Shown: positions 12,199 to 23,783 of the stretch, piece by piece
Numbering within the stretch: position 1 is the stretch's first letter
Layout: each line of letters opens with the position of its first letter
Assembly (NCBI GenBank): GCA_014905635.1
Contig: JABVCE010000005.1
Span: 1,488,001 to 1,552,000, forward strand
Direction: 5' to 3'
DNA from: Scenedesmus sp. PABB004
Lineage: Eukaryota
Length of the DNA: 64,000 bases
The notes under the pieces: generated by a model
Databases searched by the model: none
What the model saw: only the letters and a program-made list of their open reading frames with translations
Told to the model about the DNA's origin: nothing
Made by a program: the position numbers and the translations under genes

Positions 12199-15100
12199 AT
12201 GAGCAAGCTGTCCACCAACGCCAGCGCCGGCAGCATGGCGTCCGGCGGCGCCGGCGCGAGCAGCAAAAAGACGGTGCTGCCGGACTCGCGCTTCCTCATC
12301 GGCGAGGAGCTCGGCCGCGGCGCCTACGGCCAGGTGCGAGCGGCCGGCGGCCGCCGGCGGCCGCCGCGGGCACCGGCCGCGCCGGCCGCGGGGGCACCGA
12401 GCGCGGCGCGCGCGGCGCGGCGGTGGCGCGGCGGCCGCGCGCAAACCGCCTGCGCCGCGCGCGCGCCGCCGCGCGTTGTGCGGCGCCAGGTGTACAAGGG
12501 CATGGACACGACCACGGGGGACGTGGTCGCGATCAAGCAGATCGGGCTCTCGGGCGTGAGCCAGGTCAACCTGGCGGGCGTGGTCGGCGAGATCGACCTG
12601 CTCAAGACGCTGAACCACAAAAACATCGTCAAGTACATCGGGTCGTTCAAGACGCGCAGCCACCTGTACATCATCCTCGAGTACATGGAGAACGGCGCGC
12701 TGAGCAGCGTCATCAAGCCCAACCGCTTCGGGGTCTTCCCGGAGACGCTCGTCGCGATCTACATCGCCCAGGTGCTCCAGGGCCTCGCCTACCTGCACGA
12801 CCAGGGCGTCGTGCACCGCGACATCAAGGGCGCAAACATACTCACCACCAAGGACGTGCGTGCGCGGCGCGCGGCGGCGGCGCGCAGCGGCGGCACACGG
12901 CGGCGGCGCGCGGCGCGCGGCGGCGGCGCGCAGCGGCGGCACACGGCGGCGGCGCGCGGCCCGCGGCCGCCGCGGCCGAGCGCGCCGCCGCGGCGCCGGC
13001 GCCCCCCGCGCAGGGCCTGGTCAAGCTCGCGGACTTTGGCGTGGCCGCCAAGCTGGGCGAGCTGGAGGAGCAGCACGGCGACGAGCTGCACCAAAACGTG
13101 GTCGGCACGCCCTACTGGATGGCGCCAGAGGTGCGCCCCCAGCAGCGACAGCAGCGCCAGCGGCGCCAGCGGCGGCAGCAGCGCCAACGGCGGCAGCGCC
13201 AGCGGCGGCAGCAGCAGCGGCGCCGGCGCCCACCGCGCGGCGCCGCGCTCACGCGCCGCGCTCGCGCGCAGGTGATTGAGATGACGCAGGTCACGCCCGC
13301 GTCCGACATCTGGTCGGTCGGCTGCCTCATCCTTGAGCTCCTCACCGGCTACCCCCCCTACTACGACCTCCAGCCCATGAGCGCGCTCTTCCGCATCGTG
13401 CAGGCGCGCCGCCAGCGCCGCAGCGCCGCACCCGCGGCGCGCCGGCGGCGCACCGGCGGCGGGGCGGCGGCGGGGCGGCGCCAGGGCGGGCAGGGCGCAG
13501 CGCTGACGCGGCGCGGCCGCGCCCGCGCGTCGCAGGACGGGCACCCGCCGCTGCCGGAGACGGTCAGCCCGCTGCTGGAGGACTTCCTGCTCAAGTGCTT
13601 CCAGAAGGTGCGCCGGCGGCGGCGGCAGCGGGCGGCGCGCGGCAGCAGCGCGCAGCAGCGCCAAGCGCCTGGGCGGGTACGGCAGCCACGCCGCCGCCGC
13701 CGCCGCCGCCGCGCCCGTTCGCCCTCCCGCGCGCAGGACCCGAGCGCGCGCCCCGACGCGCGTAGCCTGCTGCAGCACGAGTGGGTGCAGTTCAACCGCA
13801 AGACGCTGCGGGGCACGTGGAACCGCGCGCAGGGCTTCAAGACGCGCGGCGGCGCCGGCGCCAAGGCCAGCGACGCGCACGAGACCGTCAACAGCGTCGT
13901 CGCGCGCATCCTGCAGGCCGAGTTCAGCGAGGAAGACCTCTCCTCGCGCGGCAGCTTCGACACGCAGCAGCCAAACACGCCCGCGGGCGGTGGCGCGGGC
14001 GGCGGCGTCGCGGCGGCGGTGCGCACCATCGACGCCGCGGCGGGGCCGCTGGCGTCCAACACGCCGGCGCGGCTGGCGCTGCAGCAGGACGCGCTGCTGA
14101 CCGGCGCGACGGGGCGGCAAGGCGGCGGCATCGAGGCGCCGCAGCAGCGGCGGCTGGGCGCCATCGAGCTGGCGGCCGCCAACGGCTCGTCCAGCCCGGC
14201 GCAGTCGCCGCGCAGCCGGCTCGCGCAGCCGCCGCCGCAGCAGATGCTGCCGCAGGCGCAGGCGCAGCAGCAGGCGCAGCAGCAGCAGCAGCAGCAGAAC
14301 TTGCAGCCGCACAGCCCCAGCGAAATAACGGCGGCGCGGCCGCCGCCGCTGTCGTTTGCCGGGGCGCAGCTGCACGGCGGCGGCCAGCTCGGCGCGGCGT
14401 CGCCGTCGGCGGCCGGCGCGGCGGGCGGCGCGCGCTTCTCGCCCTCGCGCACGGCCTTCCCGCTGGTCGCCGACGTGGAGAGCCCGCTGAGCGTGCTGCT
14501 CGCGCGCATACAGGGCGACGCCGGCGGCCCCGCCGGGGGCGCGGGCGGCGCCGGCGGCAGCAGCCTTATGTGCTGGCTCGAGGACGGCCCGCCCGGCGGC
14601 CTCGGCCGCTCGCCCAGCCGGGGGTCGCTGCTCGAGGGCGGCGCGTTGGGCGGCGGCGGCAGCGGCTTCCTGCTGCCCGCGGGCTCCACCAGCTCGCTCG
14701 ACTCCTCCCAGCTCGGCCTGGACCTGGCGGAGGGCAGCTTCACCATGGAGAGCCGGCGCAAGGTGGGCTGGCAGCCCGGGCGGGCAGGCAGGCGGGCGCG
14801 GCGCGCTGCGCGCAGCGGGCGCCGCCCGCCCGGCGGCGCGCGCCCTCGGCGGACGCCAGCGGCAGCGCTGACCGTCGTGCTGCGCCCCGCCTCCACACCC
14901 AGGTGCGCGACCTGGTGCGCTCGCTGCGCCCGGGCGCGCGCGACGCCAACATGACGCCGCAGCAGGCGTCGGCGAGCCTGGCGAGCATGTTTGCGCGCCA
15001 GCCCGACGCGCGGCAGCACTTCCTCAGCGAGGGCGGCGTGCTGGCCGCGCTGGAGCTGCTGGAGGGCGACCAGGCGCGCCTCGCCGAGGCGGCGCTCGAC

Positions 15101-17938
15101 CTGCTGCTCGCGTTCACCGCCGCCGACACGCGCCTGCTGGAGAGCCTCTGCCTCGTCGGCCTCGTGCCCCTCGTCGCGCGCATGGCCGCCGGCGGGCCCG
15201 CGTGGCAGCCGCTCGCGACCGGCGGCGGCGCGGCGCCCGGCAGCGGCGGCGCGCCGGGCTGCGGCGGCGCTGCAGCGGCAGCGGGTGCGGCGGCGGCAGC
15301 GGCAGCGGCGGCAGCGGCGGCCGCCGGCGCGCTCGGCTACGGCGGCCTGCCGTCCGGCAGCAGTGCGGAGCAGGCGCGGCTGCGCTGCAAGGCGGCGGCG
15401 TTTGTTGCGCAGCTGTGCTTTGCCAAGGAGACGACGCTGCAGATGTTCATCGCCTGCGGCGGCCTGCGGTGCGGCGCGCGCGCCGCCGTCCGGGCACGGC
15501 GCGGCGTGCCGCGGCGTGGCGCGGCGTGTCGGGCCGGCCCGCGCGGCCGCGCGCCAACTCACCGCCGCCGCGGCGCAGGTGCCTGGTGGCGATGGTCGCG
15601 GACAACGTGCACGACCCCTCCACGCTGACCATGGTCGGCGTGTCGTGCATCTGGCAGGTGCTGGGCAGCTACGGCGCACTGCCGCTCAGCTACGTCGCGC
15701 GCATACTCGCGTCGGCGGGGCTGGTGGGGCGGCTGTACGCCGTCATCAAGCAGCTCGTCGCGCTCGGGCGGCAGCAGCTGCAGCAGCAGCAGCAGCAGCA
15801 GCAGCAGGCGCGTGGCGGCGGCGGTCCGCCCGGGCCCGGGCAGGCGCCGGGGCTCGCGGCGCGGCTCGCGCACCTGCACCGCCCCGTCGCGGCCAACGCG
15901 TGCGGCCAGGCGTTTGTGCCGGGCAGCGGGCTGGAGAGCCTCGGCATCTTCCTGCCAGACGGCCCCCCGGGCGGCGGCGGCGACGCGCCGGGGCAGGCGC
16001 CGCGGCCCGGCGGCGCCGCCGGCGCCACCGGCGCGAAGCCCGCGCTCGCGGGCACGGACGAGCTGCAGCAGCAGCGCGCGGCGCGCGGCGCGGACGACCC
16101 CGGCGGCGGCGGGGGCCAGCCCGCGGGCGAGTGGCTGCTCGAGCGCTGCCTGGACCTGCTGCTGGTGCTCGCGCACGGCGACAGCACGGTCAAGGGCCTC
16201 ATGGTGAGCAAAGACAACCTGCAGCACCTCCTCGACCTCACGCAGCGCCTGCAGCCGCCGGGGCTGCTCAAGGTGGGTGTGTGCGCGCACACGCGCGCGG
16301 GGGAGGGCTGCGCGGGCGCTGCGGCGCGCGGCGGCGCACGCGCGTGCGCGCGCGTGTGCTCACGCGCCGCGCCGCGCCGCGCCGTGGTGTGTGCGCCGCC
16401 AGGTCATGAGGACCATCCGCTGGCTCACGAGCGAGCCGAGCGTGCTGCCGGCGGTCAAGGACGCGGGCGCGATACAGCAGCTGGTGCGCGCGCGCCGCTG
16501 GGCGCTGTCGGGCGCCCTCCCCGCCCCGCCCTCGCGCGCGCCGCCGCGCCTTCGCGCGCGCCGCCGCCGGCGCAGCGCCCGCCGCCGCCCGCCGCCGACC
16601 TCCGCCGACCGCCGCGCCGCGCGGCAGGTGCCGTTCCTGTCGCGCGAGCGCGAGGCGGCCGCGGGGGCGGGCGTGTCGCTGGAGGCGCTGCAGGCGCTGT
16701 ACAACATCTGCAAATACAACAAGCGCGTCCACCTGGAGGTTGCGGCCTCCAGCGGCGTCGTGCCGCACCTCTGCAGGCTCGCGTCCGAGGCGGTCGCCGC
16801 GCAGCAGGCGCAGCAGGCGCAGCGGCAGCAGGCGGCGCATGCGCAGCAGGCGCAGGCGGCGGCGGGCGACGCGCCCGCCGCGCCGCCCGGCGACGCGCGG
16901 CGCGCCGCGGTGCGGGCGTTTGTTCTGCCGCTGCTGTGCGGCATGGTCAGCACGAGCAGCAGCACGCGCGCCAAGCTCTGGGCCAGCAACGGCCTGGACC
17001 TGGTGCTGCAGCTGCTGGGCACCGAGGTGCGGCGCGCGAAACGCACGCGCGCGGGCGGCGGCGGCGGCGGCCGCCGCCGCGACGGCGGCGGCGCTCACGC
17101 GCGCGCCCGCCCGCGCGCGCCCGCGCGCGCCCCGGCAGGAGCCGCAGGTGCAGGTGGGGCTGATGCGCACGCTGGACATCTGGCTGGCGGAGGACCACAG
17201 CCGCGTCGAGAACCGGCTGTGCCAGCGCGAGGCGGTCGCGGCGCTGGTGGAGGTGTTTTCGCCCCTCGCGCGCGCGGCCGCGTCGGGGCGCAGCCCCACG
17301 CTGCCGCAGATGCTCGACAGCCTGCGCCTGATGCTCGGGCGGTGCGCCGGCGGGGGGCCCTGGAGGCAGGGGGGGGGGTCACAGCTCGGCGGCGGCTCTG
17401 CGCCCGCGCCACGGGCCGCGTCGCGCCGGCGGTCGCCGACCGTCCGCGCTGCCGCCGCCGCCGCCGCCGCCGCCGCGGCGCTGGGCAGGTCGTCCAAGGT
17501 CTCCGTCGCGCTCGCGACGGGTGGCCTCGTGCCGCCGCTGCTCGAGCCGCTCGGGGTCGGCGGGTGCGGCGGGTGCGCGCCGATCGTGCGCGCGAAGCTG
17601 CTTGAGGTCGTGCGCGCGCTGTACCAGCACTACCCGCGGCCCAAGGAGTTCATCATGAAGTACCGCATCCAGGCGCGCCCACCTGGACGGGAGGGAGGGG
17701 GGGGAGGGAGGGAGGGAGGCGCTTGGGTGGGCTGGGAGGGAGGCAGGGAGGGAGGGAGGGAGGGCGAGGGGAGGGCAAGAGAGCGGGAGGGGGTGCTGTG
17801 GGAGGCGGCTGACCGCCGACCGCCGCCGCGCAGGAGGTGCTGCTGCGGCTGCTCGAGGCGGAGGGGCGCGGCGAGGACGCGGTGAAGCTGGAGGCGCAGA
17901 AGCTGCTCAACGCCTTCCACATAAACGTCCTGCTCTGA
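12199..17938 (+). CDS. MAP3K-epsilon / Cdc15-Cdc7(S. pombe)-like Ser/Thr kinase with C-terminal ARM-like region, 13 exons
   Basis: [49 protein letters not shown]-terminus [12 protein letters not shown]...[11 protein letters not shown] resembles plant MAP3K-epsilon. Confidence 0.93.
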
Positions 17939-18304
17939 CACCCGCCCGGGGCGGCGGCGCGCCCGCGCGCGCGCGCCCGCCGCACGTTCGCTTGTCCCTG
18001 TTGCGCCGCGCGGCGGCCGGGGGAGCGCCGCGCCGCCGCGGTTGGGCGGGCGGGGGCGCCGCCTGCGCGGGGAGCTCTGATCGGGGAGCTCTGATCCGGT
18101 CTTTGCATGCGAGTAAGGCCTGTCTCTGCCGAGTCGCGCCTCGCCGCGCAGCCTCGCCGCGCAGCCTCGCCGCGCCCAAGCTGCTCGCTACGCCACACAG
18201 CCACGCTCTTCGCGCCCAGCAGCAGCCCGCCCGGTGCTCAATCGGCACGCAGTGACCCCGCCCCCCCCCCCCCCCCCCCTCACGCGCCGCCGCCGGCAGC
18301 CGCG

Positions 18305-19647
18305 TCACGCGGCCGCCACGGCGGACTTGCCAAACGCGGCCACGTACTTTGCGCGCGACGGGTGCGCCTCCTGCGGCCGGTTGTGCGGCGTCCACACCGG
18401 CTCGCCGACAAACAGCCGCATCACCTGCGCGCGCGCCGCGCGGCGGCGGAGGGTCGGGCGCGGGCGCGGCGCGCGCTCCGCTGCGACCCCGCCCGCCGCG
18501 GCCCCTGCCATGTCCTGTCCTGCCCTGTCCCGCCCCTGCCCCCCTCCACTCACCCACACCCACCCACACGCCCCTCCCCCCCCCCACACCCCACACACCC
18601 ACCCACCTTGATGTAGTCGTGCTCGTCGAGCGTGAAGCGGTGGTAGATGCCCTCCGGCAGCACGATCAGGTCGCCCTTGCCGCACCGGATGCGCACCCAG
18701 CGGTCCTGCAGGTCGCGCACGTCAAAGTAGCCTGCGCGCCGCGCAAGCGGGGTGCGTCGGGCGGCCGTCGCAGCGCGCCCCCGGCCGGCGCCGCCTCCCG
18801 GCGCGAGGCGGCGCCGCCGCCGCGCCGCGACGATGCCAATGCGAGGGCACGAGGGCGGCGCCCCCCCCCCCCCTGAAGCCTCACGCACCGGTGCCGTCGA
18901 GCATGTACCGGATCTCCTCGTCCGCGTGGATGTGCTCCTGGTAGAACATCTTGACCTTCTCCTCGTACCCAGGCAGACCCTCCTTGGAGATGGTCAGCAC
19001 CTCCTGCGCCGGCGGCGGGCGGCCCGCGAGTGCGCGGCGCGTCGGCGCGCCGCGCCCACGTGCACCCCACGCCAGCCGCCGGCCGGCGCTGCGGGCGCTG
19101 CTGCGGGCGCTGCCGCAGGTGCTGCGGCTGCTCCGCCGCGCGGCCGCGCGGCTGCTCTGCCGCACCTTGTAGCTGTAGCCGCGGACCTTGCAGATCGCGT
19201 CCAGCTTGGGGTCGCTGTCGTAGTTGTCGGCGTCCAGCTTCCAGGACAGCACGCCCAGCTCGCGCAACGCCGCGAGCGAGCAGGGCTGGTTCGGCTCCTG
19301 CCTGCGGAAGCGCCGGCAGCGGCGGCAGCGGCGGCATCCGCGGCGCCCGCGTCGGCCGCGCCGCCGGCAGCGGGCCCACGTTCCGCGCGGACGCCGCGCC
19401 CATGCAGCCCTCGCGCTGCCCCGCGGCGCGCCCGCCCGCCGCGCCTGTGCGGGAGGCGCTGGTCCGCGTCGCTGTCGTCCATGTACCAGGCCTCCAGGCT
19501 GCTCTCCGCGATGGGCTGCGGCTGCGAGCGGCGAGAACGGCGGCGCGCCCGTCGGCCTCCAACGTGGGCCGGCGCGCGGGCCGCCACGCGCTGCCCGCGC
19601 GCGCTGCGACGCACCTCCGCCAGCGCGAGCTCCTCCGGCGTGAACAT
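18305..19647 (-). CDS. ARD1: Acireductone dioxygenase (ARD/ADI1, methionine salvage), 6 exons
   Basis: [67 protein letters not shown]. Confidence 0.96.
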
Positions 19648-19957
19648 TGCGCCGCGAGCGCGAGGCGGGCGTCGGGGGCGACACGCGGACGACAATGCAG
19701 CTGTGGCCGACGGGGCGGGGGCGCCCGGCCCTGACAGCGGCGGCGCCGCCCGCCGCAGGCACACCGCGCGCCAAACCGCCAGGGCGCAGAGCGCGGGCGC
19801 CCGCGCCCGCCCCTCCCCGGCCTGCCCCGTGTCCCATTCCATCACTACACGCTTGCAGGACGGGCCCAGCGCGCGCAGAGCAAGCGGCGGCAGCGGCGGC
19901 AGCGGCGGCAGCGGCGGCGGCAGCGCCGGCAGCGGCAGCCGCCGCGCCCTGCCGACC

Positions 19958-21046
19958 ATGGCCGGCTCGAGCGCCGCGCGGCCGCAGGGCGAGCAGGCGC
20001 CGGCCCGGCAGCAGCAGCAGCAGCTGCCGCGGGCGCGCGCGTGCCGCGTCAACCGGCTGCTGGAGTTTACAGACCCCGAGCTCGAGGCGGCGTGGCGCTC
20101 GGAGCGGCGGCGCACGTGCGCGGCGCGCGACGCGGTCGTGATGCTCGTGAACGTCGTGGCCAACACCACGGTGCTGCTGCGCCTGCGCATGCTCACGGCG
20201 CTCCCGCTGGCGAGCCGGCTCGGGCTGCTGGCCAACCTGCTGCTCAGCGCCGCGCACGCGGCCGCGGCGCAGCTCGCGCCGCGGCGCTACGAGCGCTGGC
20301 GCACGGCGTTCGTGTGGGGCGCACGGCTGCTGCGCGTGCGCGTGGTGCTGCAGATGTCGCTCGGCGTTGCCGGCGGCGGCGGCGGCGACGCGTGGGGCAC
20401 GCTCGGGACGGCGCTTCACCTGCTCTTCTTCGGCCCCGCGAGCGCGAGCTTGTTGTGCACGGTCGCGCTGCCGCTGCCGCTGCGGCCGCACCTGGCGCTG
20501 CAGGCGGCGGTGACGGCGGCCAGCCTCGCGCACGTGGGCGCGCTGTGCGCGCGCGCGCCGCCGGGCCTCGCCGACGCGCGCTGCTCGGTCGCCGGCGCGC
20601 TGAGCGACACCGCGGCGGCCGTCAGCCTGCTCGACCTGCGCCTGCCCGGCGGCGGCGACTGCTGCGGGCCCGTGCTCGCCGCGGCGATGGTGGCGCACAA
20701 CATGCTGCTCGCCTCGCTCGCGGTCGCGACGCTCGACCTCGCCAGCCGCACGGCGTTCATCCGCGCGCGCGCGGGCCTGCTGCCCGGCGCCCGGGCGTCG
20801 CTGGTCCGGGCGCTGCGCGTGGTGTGGGCCTCGGGCGTCGTGACGGGGCTGTCGCTGCTGCCGCTGGTCTGGGAGGTGGTCGCGCTCGCGCACCGGCTCG
20901 CCGCCGGCGGGTGGGCCGAGCTCGGGCCGCTCGGCGTCGCCGCGGCGGCGACGTCGCTGCTGCTGGAGGTCTTCATGCGCGCGTGGCTGTCGCTGCTGCT
21001 GCTGCTGGCCAGCGCCGGCGCGCTCGCCTGGTGCGCGGGCGAGTGA
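19958..21046 (+). CDS. Intronless multi-pass membrane protein of unknown function
   Basis: Single stop-free frame with several long hydrophobic stretches after RLLEFTDPELEAAW; ATG in accATGg context. Confidence 0.7.
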   Translation: MAGSSAARPQGEQAPARQQQQQLPRARACRVNRLLEFTDPELEAAWRSERRRTCAARDAVVMLVNVVANTTVLLRLRMLTALPLASRLGLLANLLLSAAHAAAAQLAPRRYERWRTAFVWGARLLRVRVVLQMSLGVAGGGGGDAWGTLGTALHLLFFGPASASLLCTVALPLPLRPHLALQAAVTAASLAHVGALCARAPPGLADARCSVAGALSDTAAAVSLLDLRLPGGGDCCGPVLAAAMVAHNMLLASLAVATLDLASRTAFIRARAGLLPGARASLVRALRVVWASGVVTGLSLLPLVWEVVALAHRLAAGGWAELGPLGVAAAATSLLLEVFMRAWLSLLLLLASAGALAWCAGE

Positions 21047-21768
21047 GCCGCGTGGCGGCGGCAGGCGCCTGCCGCGCCCGCCGGCGGGCGCGGGGAACTC
21101 TCTGCTGCTGCTGTTGATGTACTTGTCTATCTGGATCGTCGAACTTCTCACTGGATCGTCGAACGTCTGCCATGGGTGCACTGGGGCGGACTTTGAGTCA
21201 ACGAGGCTGGGCTCTGCGCACTGTGTGGACTTGGGGTATTGGGGCGCAGACACGCGTGTGTCGCGGCCGTTAGTCGGGATGGCGACCGCGGGGCGCGCGG
21301 TCGCGGATGACACGCACACGCACACGGGCCTGCGTTGTTTCAGCAGGCAAAGAGAGGGAGGGCGCGGGACCGCACGCCCCCCGGCCGCCGCGCAGCCGCA
21401 GGCCGGCGCGCGCCCCCAGGCGCGCGCGCGGGCATCATCACCAAAACCTCCTCCAGCGGATCACGGATCGTGAACGTCCCTGCATGACTGTACAGTCAGC
21501 CATTGGCGCCGCCCGAGCATCAAGGCGGGCGCGCGTGCGGGTCGCGGCTGCGCGCGTGCTGCGTGTGCGTGTGCGTGCACAGTCAGGTGTAGGCGGCAAC
21601 GGAGAGAGGGGCCCGCCGGCTGCCGCGCTGCTGCGCGCAAATCATCAAAACGCACCGCCGGCTGCAGTCCCAGCTGCAGCCGCCTGCCGCCCGCGCGCCG
21701 CCGCCGCACACGGCCGCCGCCCGGCGCCGCCGCTGCCGCTGCCGCTGCCCGCCGTTCCCGCGCGCGCC

Positions 21769-23241
21769 TCATTTCCTCGCGTGCGCCGGCTGCTGCTGCT
21801 GCTGCGAGTGGTGCGCCGGCGACGCGCCGGCGGCCGCGTGCATCGCCCGCACGGGCGCGAAGTACGCGTGCTGCAGCGCCTCGGCCGCGGTCGGCCGCGC
21901 GGCGTGGTCGTACTGCAGCAGCGACCCGAGCAGCGAGAGGCCCTCCGGCGTGACGAGGTGCGCGTTGTCGGCGTTGGCGTACTTGCGCCACGACACGCGC
22001 GGGCGGTAGCCGCAGAGCTGCACCAGCTTGGGGTCGAGCTCCACGCCGTACTTGTCCGCGTAGGCATAGAGGTCGTCGGTGCCGAGGACCTTGCTGATCT
22101 TGACCAGCTGGTCGAGCTCGTCCTCGCCCCGGAAAAACACCTGCACGCACCGGGACGACCGGGCCGGCCGGGCGGCGGCGCACGCGGGTCGGCCGGCCGC
22201 GCGCGCGCCCGCACCCGCGCCCGCGCCCGTGCCCGCGCCGCGCCGCCTGGCCGCGCGCCCGCGCGCCCGCCGCGCCGGCGCGCCTGCTTGCGGAAGAGGA
22301 AGGCCGCGAGCATGCAGCCGACGCCCCAGATGTCGAGGCTGTAGTCGTAGTCCCGGATGTCGCACAGCAGCTCGGGGCCCTTGTAGAACCGCGTCGCGAC
22401 GCGCACCGGGTACTCCTTGCCTGCGCGCCGCGCCGCGCGGCGGGCCGAGCTCGGGCGCGCGCCGGCGGCCGCGGCGGCGGCGCGGCTGCCGCAGCTGCCG
22501 GGGTCGCCGCAGCAGCAGCGGCCGCTGGCGCACCGGGGAAGTAGAAGTCGGCGAGGCCCCAGTCGATGAGCTTGAGCTGGCGCGTCGCGTGGTCGATGAG
22601 CACGTTGGCGGGCTTGATGTCGCGGTGCATGATGCCCTTGCTGTGCGTGAAGTCGAGCGCCGTCAGCAGCTGCGCGCACGGCGGGCGGCGGGGGGCGCGG
22701 GCGTGAGGCGCGCGGCGCGCGCGGCGGCTGCTGCTGCGCCGCGCCGGCGCGGCCGGCGGACGCGCTGCCGCCGCCGAGACCACGCGCGCGCCTGGAACAT
22801 GTAGTTCCGCACGTCCAGGTCGGTCACCACGGCCTGCAGCTCCTTGAGGGGCATGGCGTTGACGAGCTCGAAGATGAAGCAGGGCGTCTTGGTGTCGGGG
22901 TCGCGCACGACCTCGTGCAGGGAGATGATGTTGGGGCCGCCGCTCACCAGGCGCAGGATTTTGATCTCCCGCTTCAGCCGCTGCTCCTTGACGGGGCGCA
23001 TGATCTTGACGACGCACCGCGCCCCCGAGCGCGTGTCGAGGCCCTCAAACACCTCGCCATACTTGCCCTTCCCCAGCTGCTGCAGCACCTCGTACTTGTC
23101 CTGCTCGCCCCAGTCGATGGCCACCACGTCGTTCCAGTACTCCTTGGGCTGGTCCTGGGCCGCGTGCGTGTAGGAGCGCGCCACGGTGCGCAGGGCGCCC
23201 TTCTTGCGCAGGCTCTTGGGGTAGCGCTTCGGCGGAGCCAT
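21769..23241 (-). CDS. Casein kinase II alpha-like catalytic subunit (divergent), 4 exons
   Basis: [88 protein letters not shown]. Confidence 0.93.
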
Positions 23242-23783
23242 GCCGCTGCGCCCGCGCACGCTCCCCGACCCCGCCTGACGAGCGCCGCCCTCCCGCGCGC
23301 CCGGGCGCAGCGCTGCCGTGGCGGGGGCGGCTGCTGCGGGCTGCTGCTGCTCGGCGGGCGGCGCGGGCGGGGCGGCGCACCGGGCCTGCGCAGGAGTCGC
23401 GGTCGGCCTCAGCGCAGCGCTGTGGACCGGCGGTCGGGCGGCGTAGGGGTCTGGGCGGGCAGCGGCGGCGCCGTCGCTCGCGCTTCTGTCCGTCACTAGC
23501 GGCAGGCGCCAGCGTGGCCCCCGCCTCCCCACGCCCGCCCTCCGCCGCCCCGAGACACCATCGCAAACGCCGCTGCACGCGACGCGCACGCCCGCACACG
23601 GCGGCGCCGCTGCTCCCTTCCCGCGTCCTCCTCGCCCGCCCGCCCGCGCGCGCCGCGCGGCGCCGCGCGGCGCCGACCGAGCCGCACCCCTCGCGACAGC
23701 CGCCGGCCGCCGCCGCCGGGCGCGGGCCTGCCCCGCCGCGGCGAGCAGCGCCGCGCGCGCGCCAGCGCGCAGCAGCAGCGGCG

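Noticed and set aside
21485..21498. Perfect 14-bp palindrome TGACTGTACAGTCA
   Set aside because: Isolated, with no partner terminus or transposon context.
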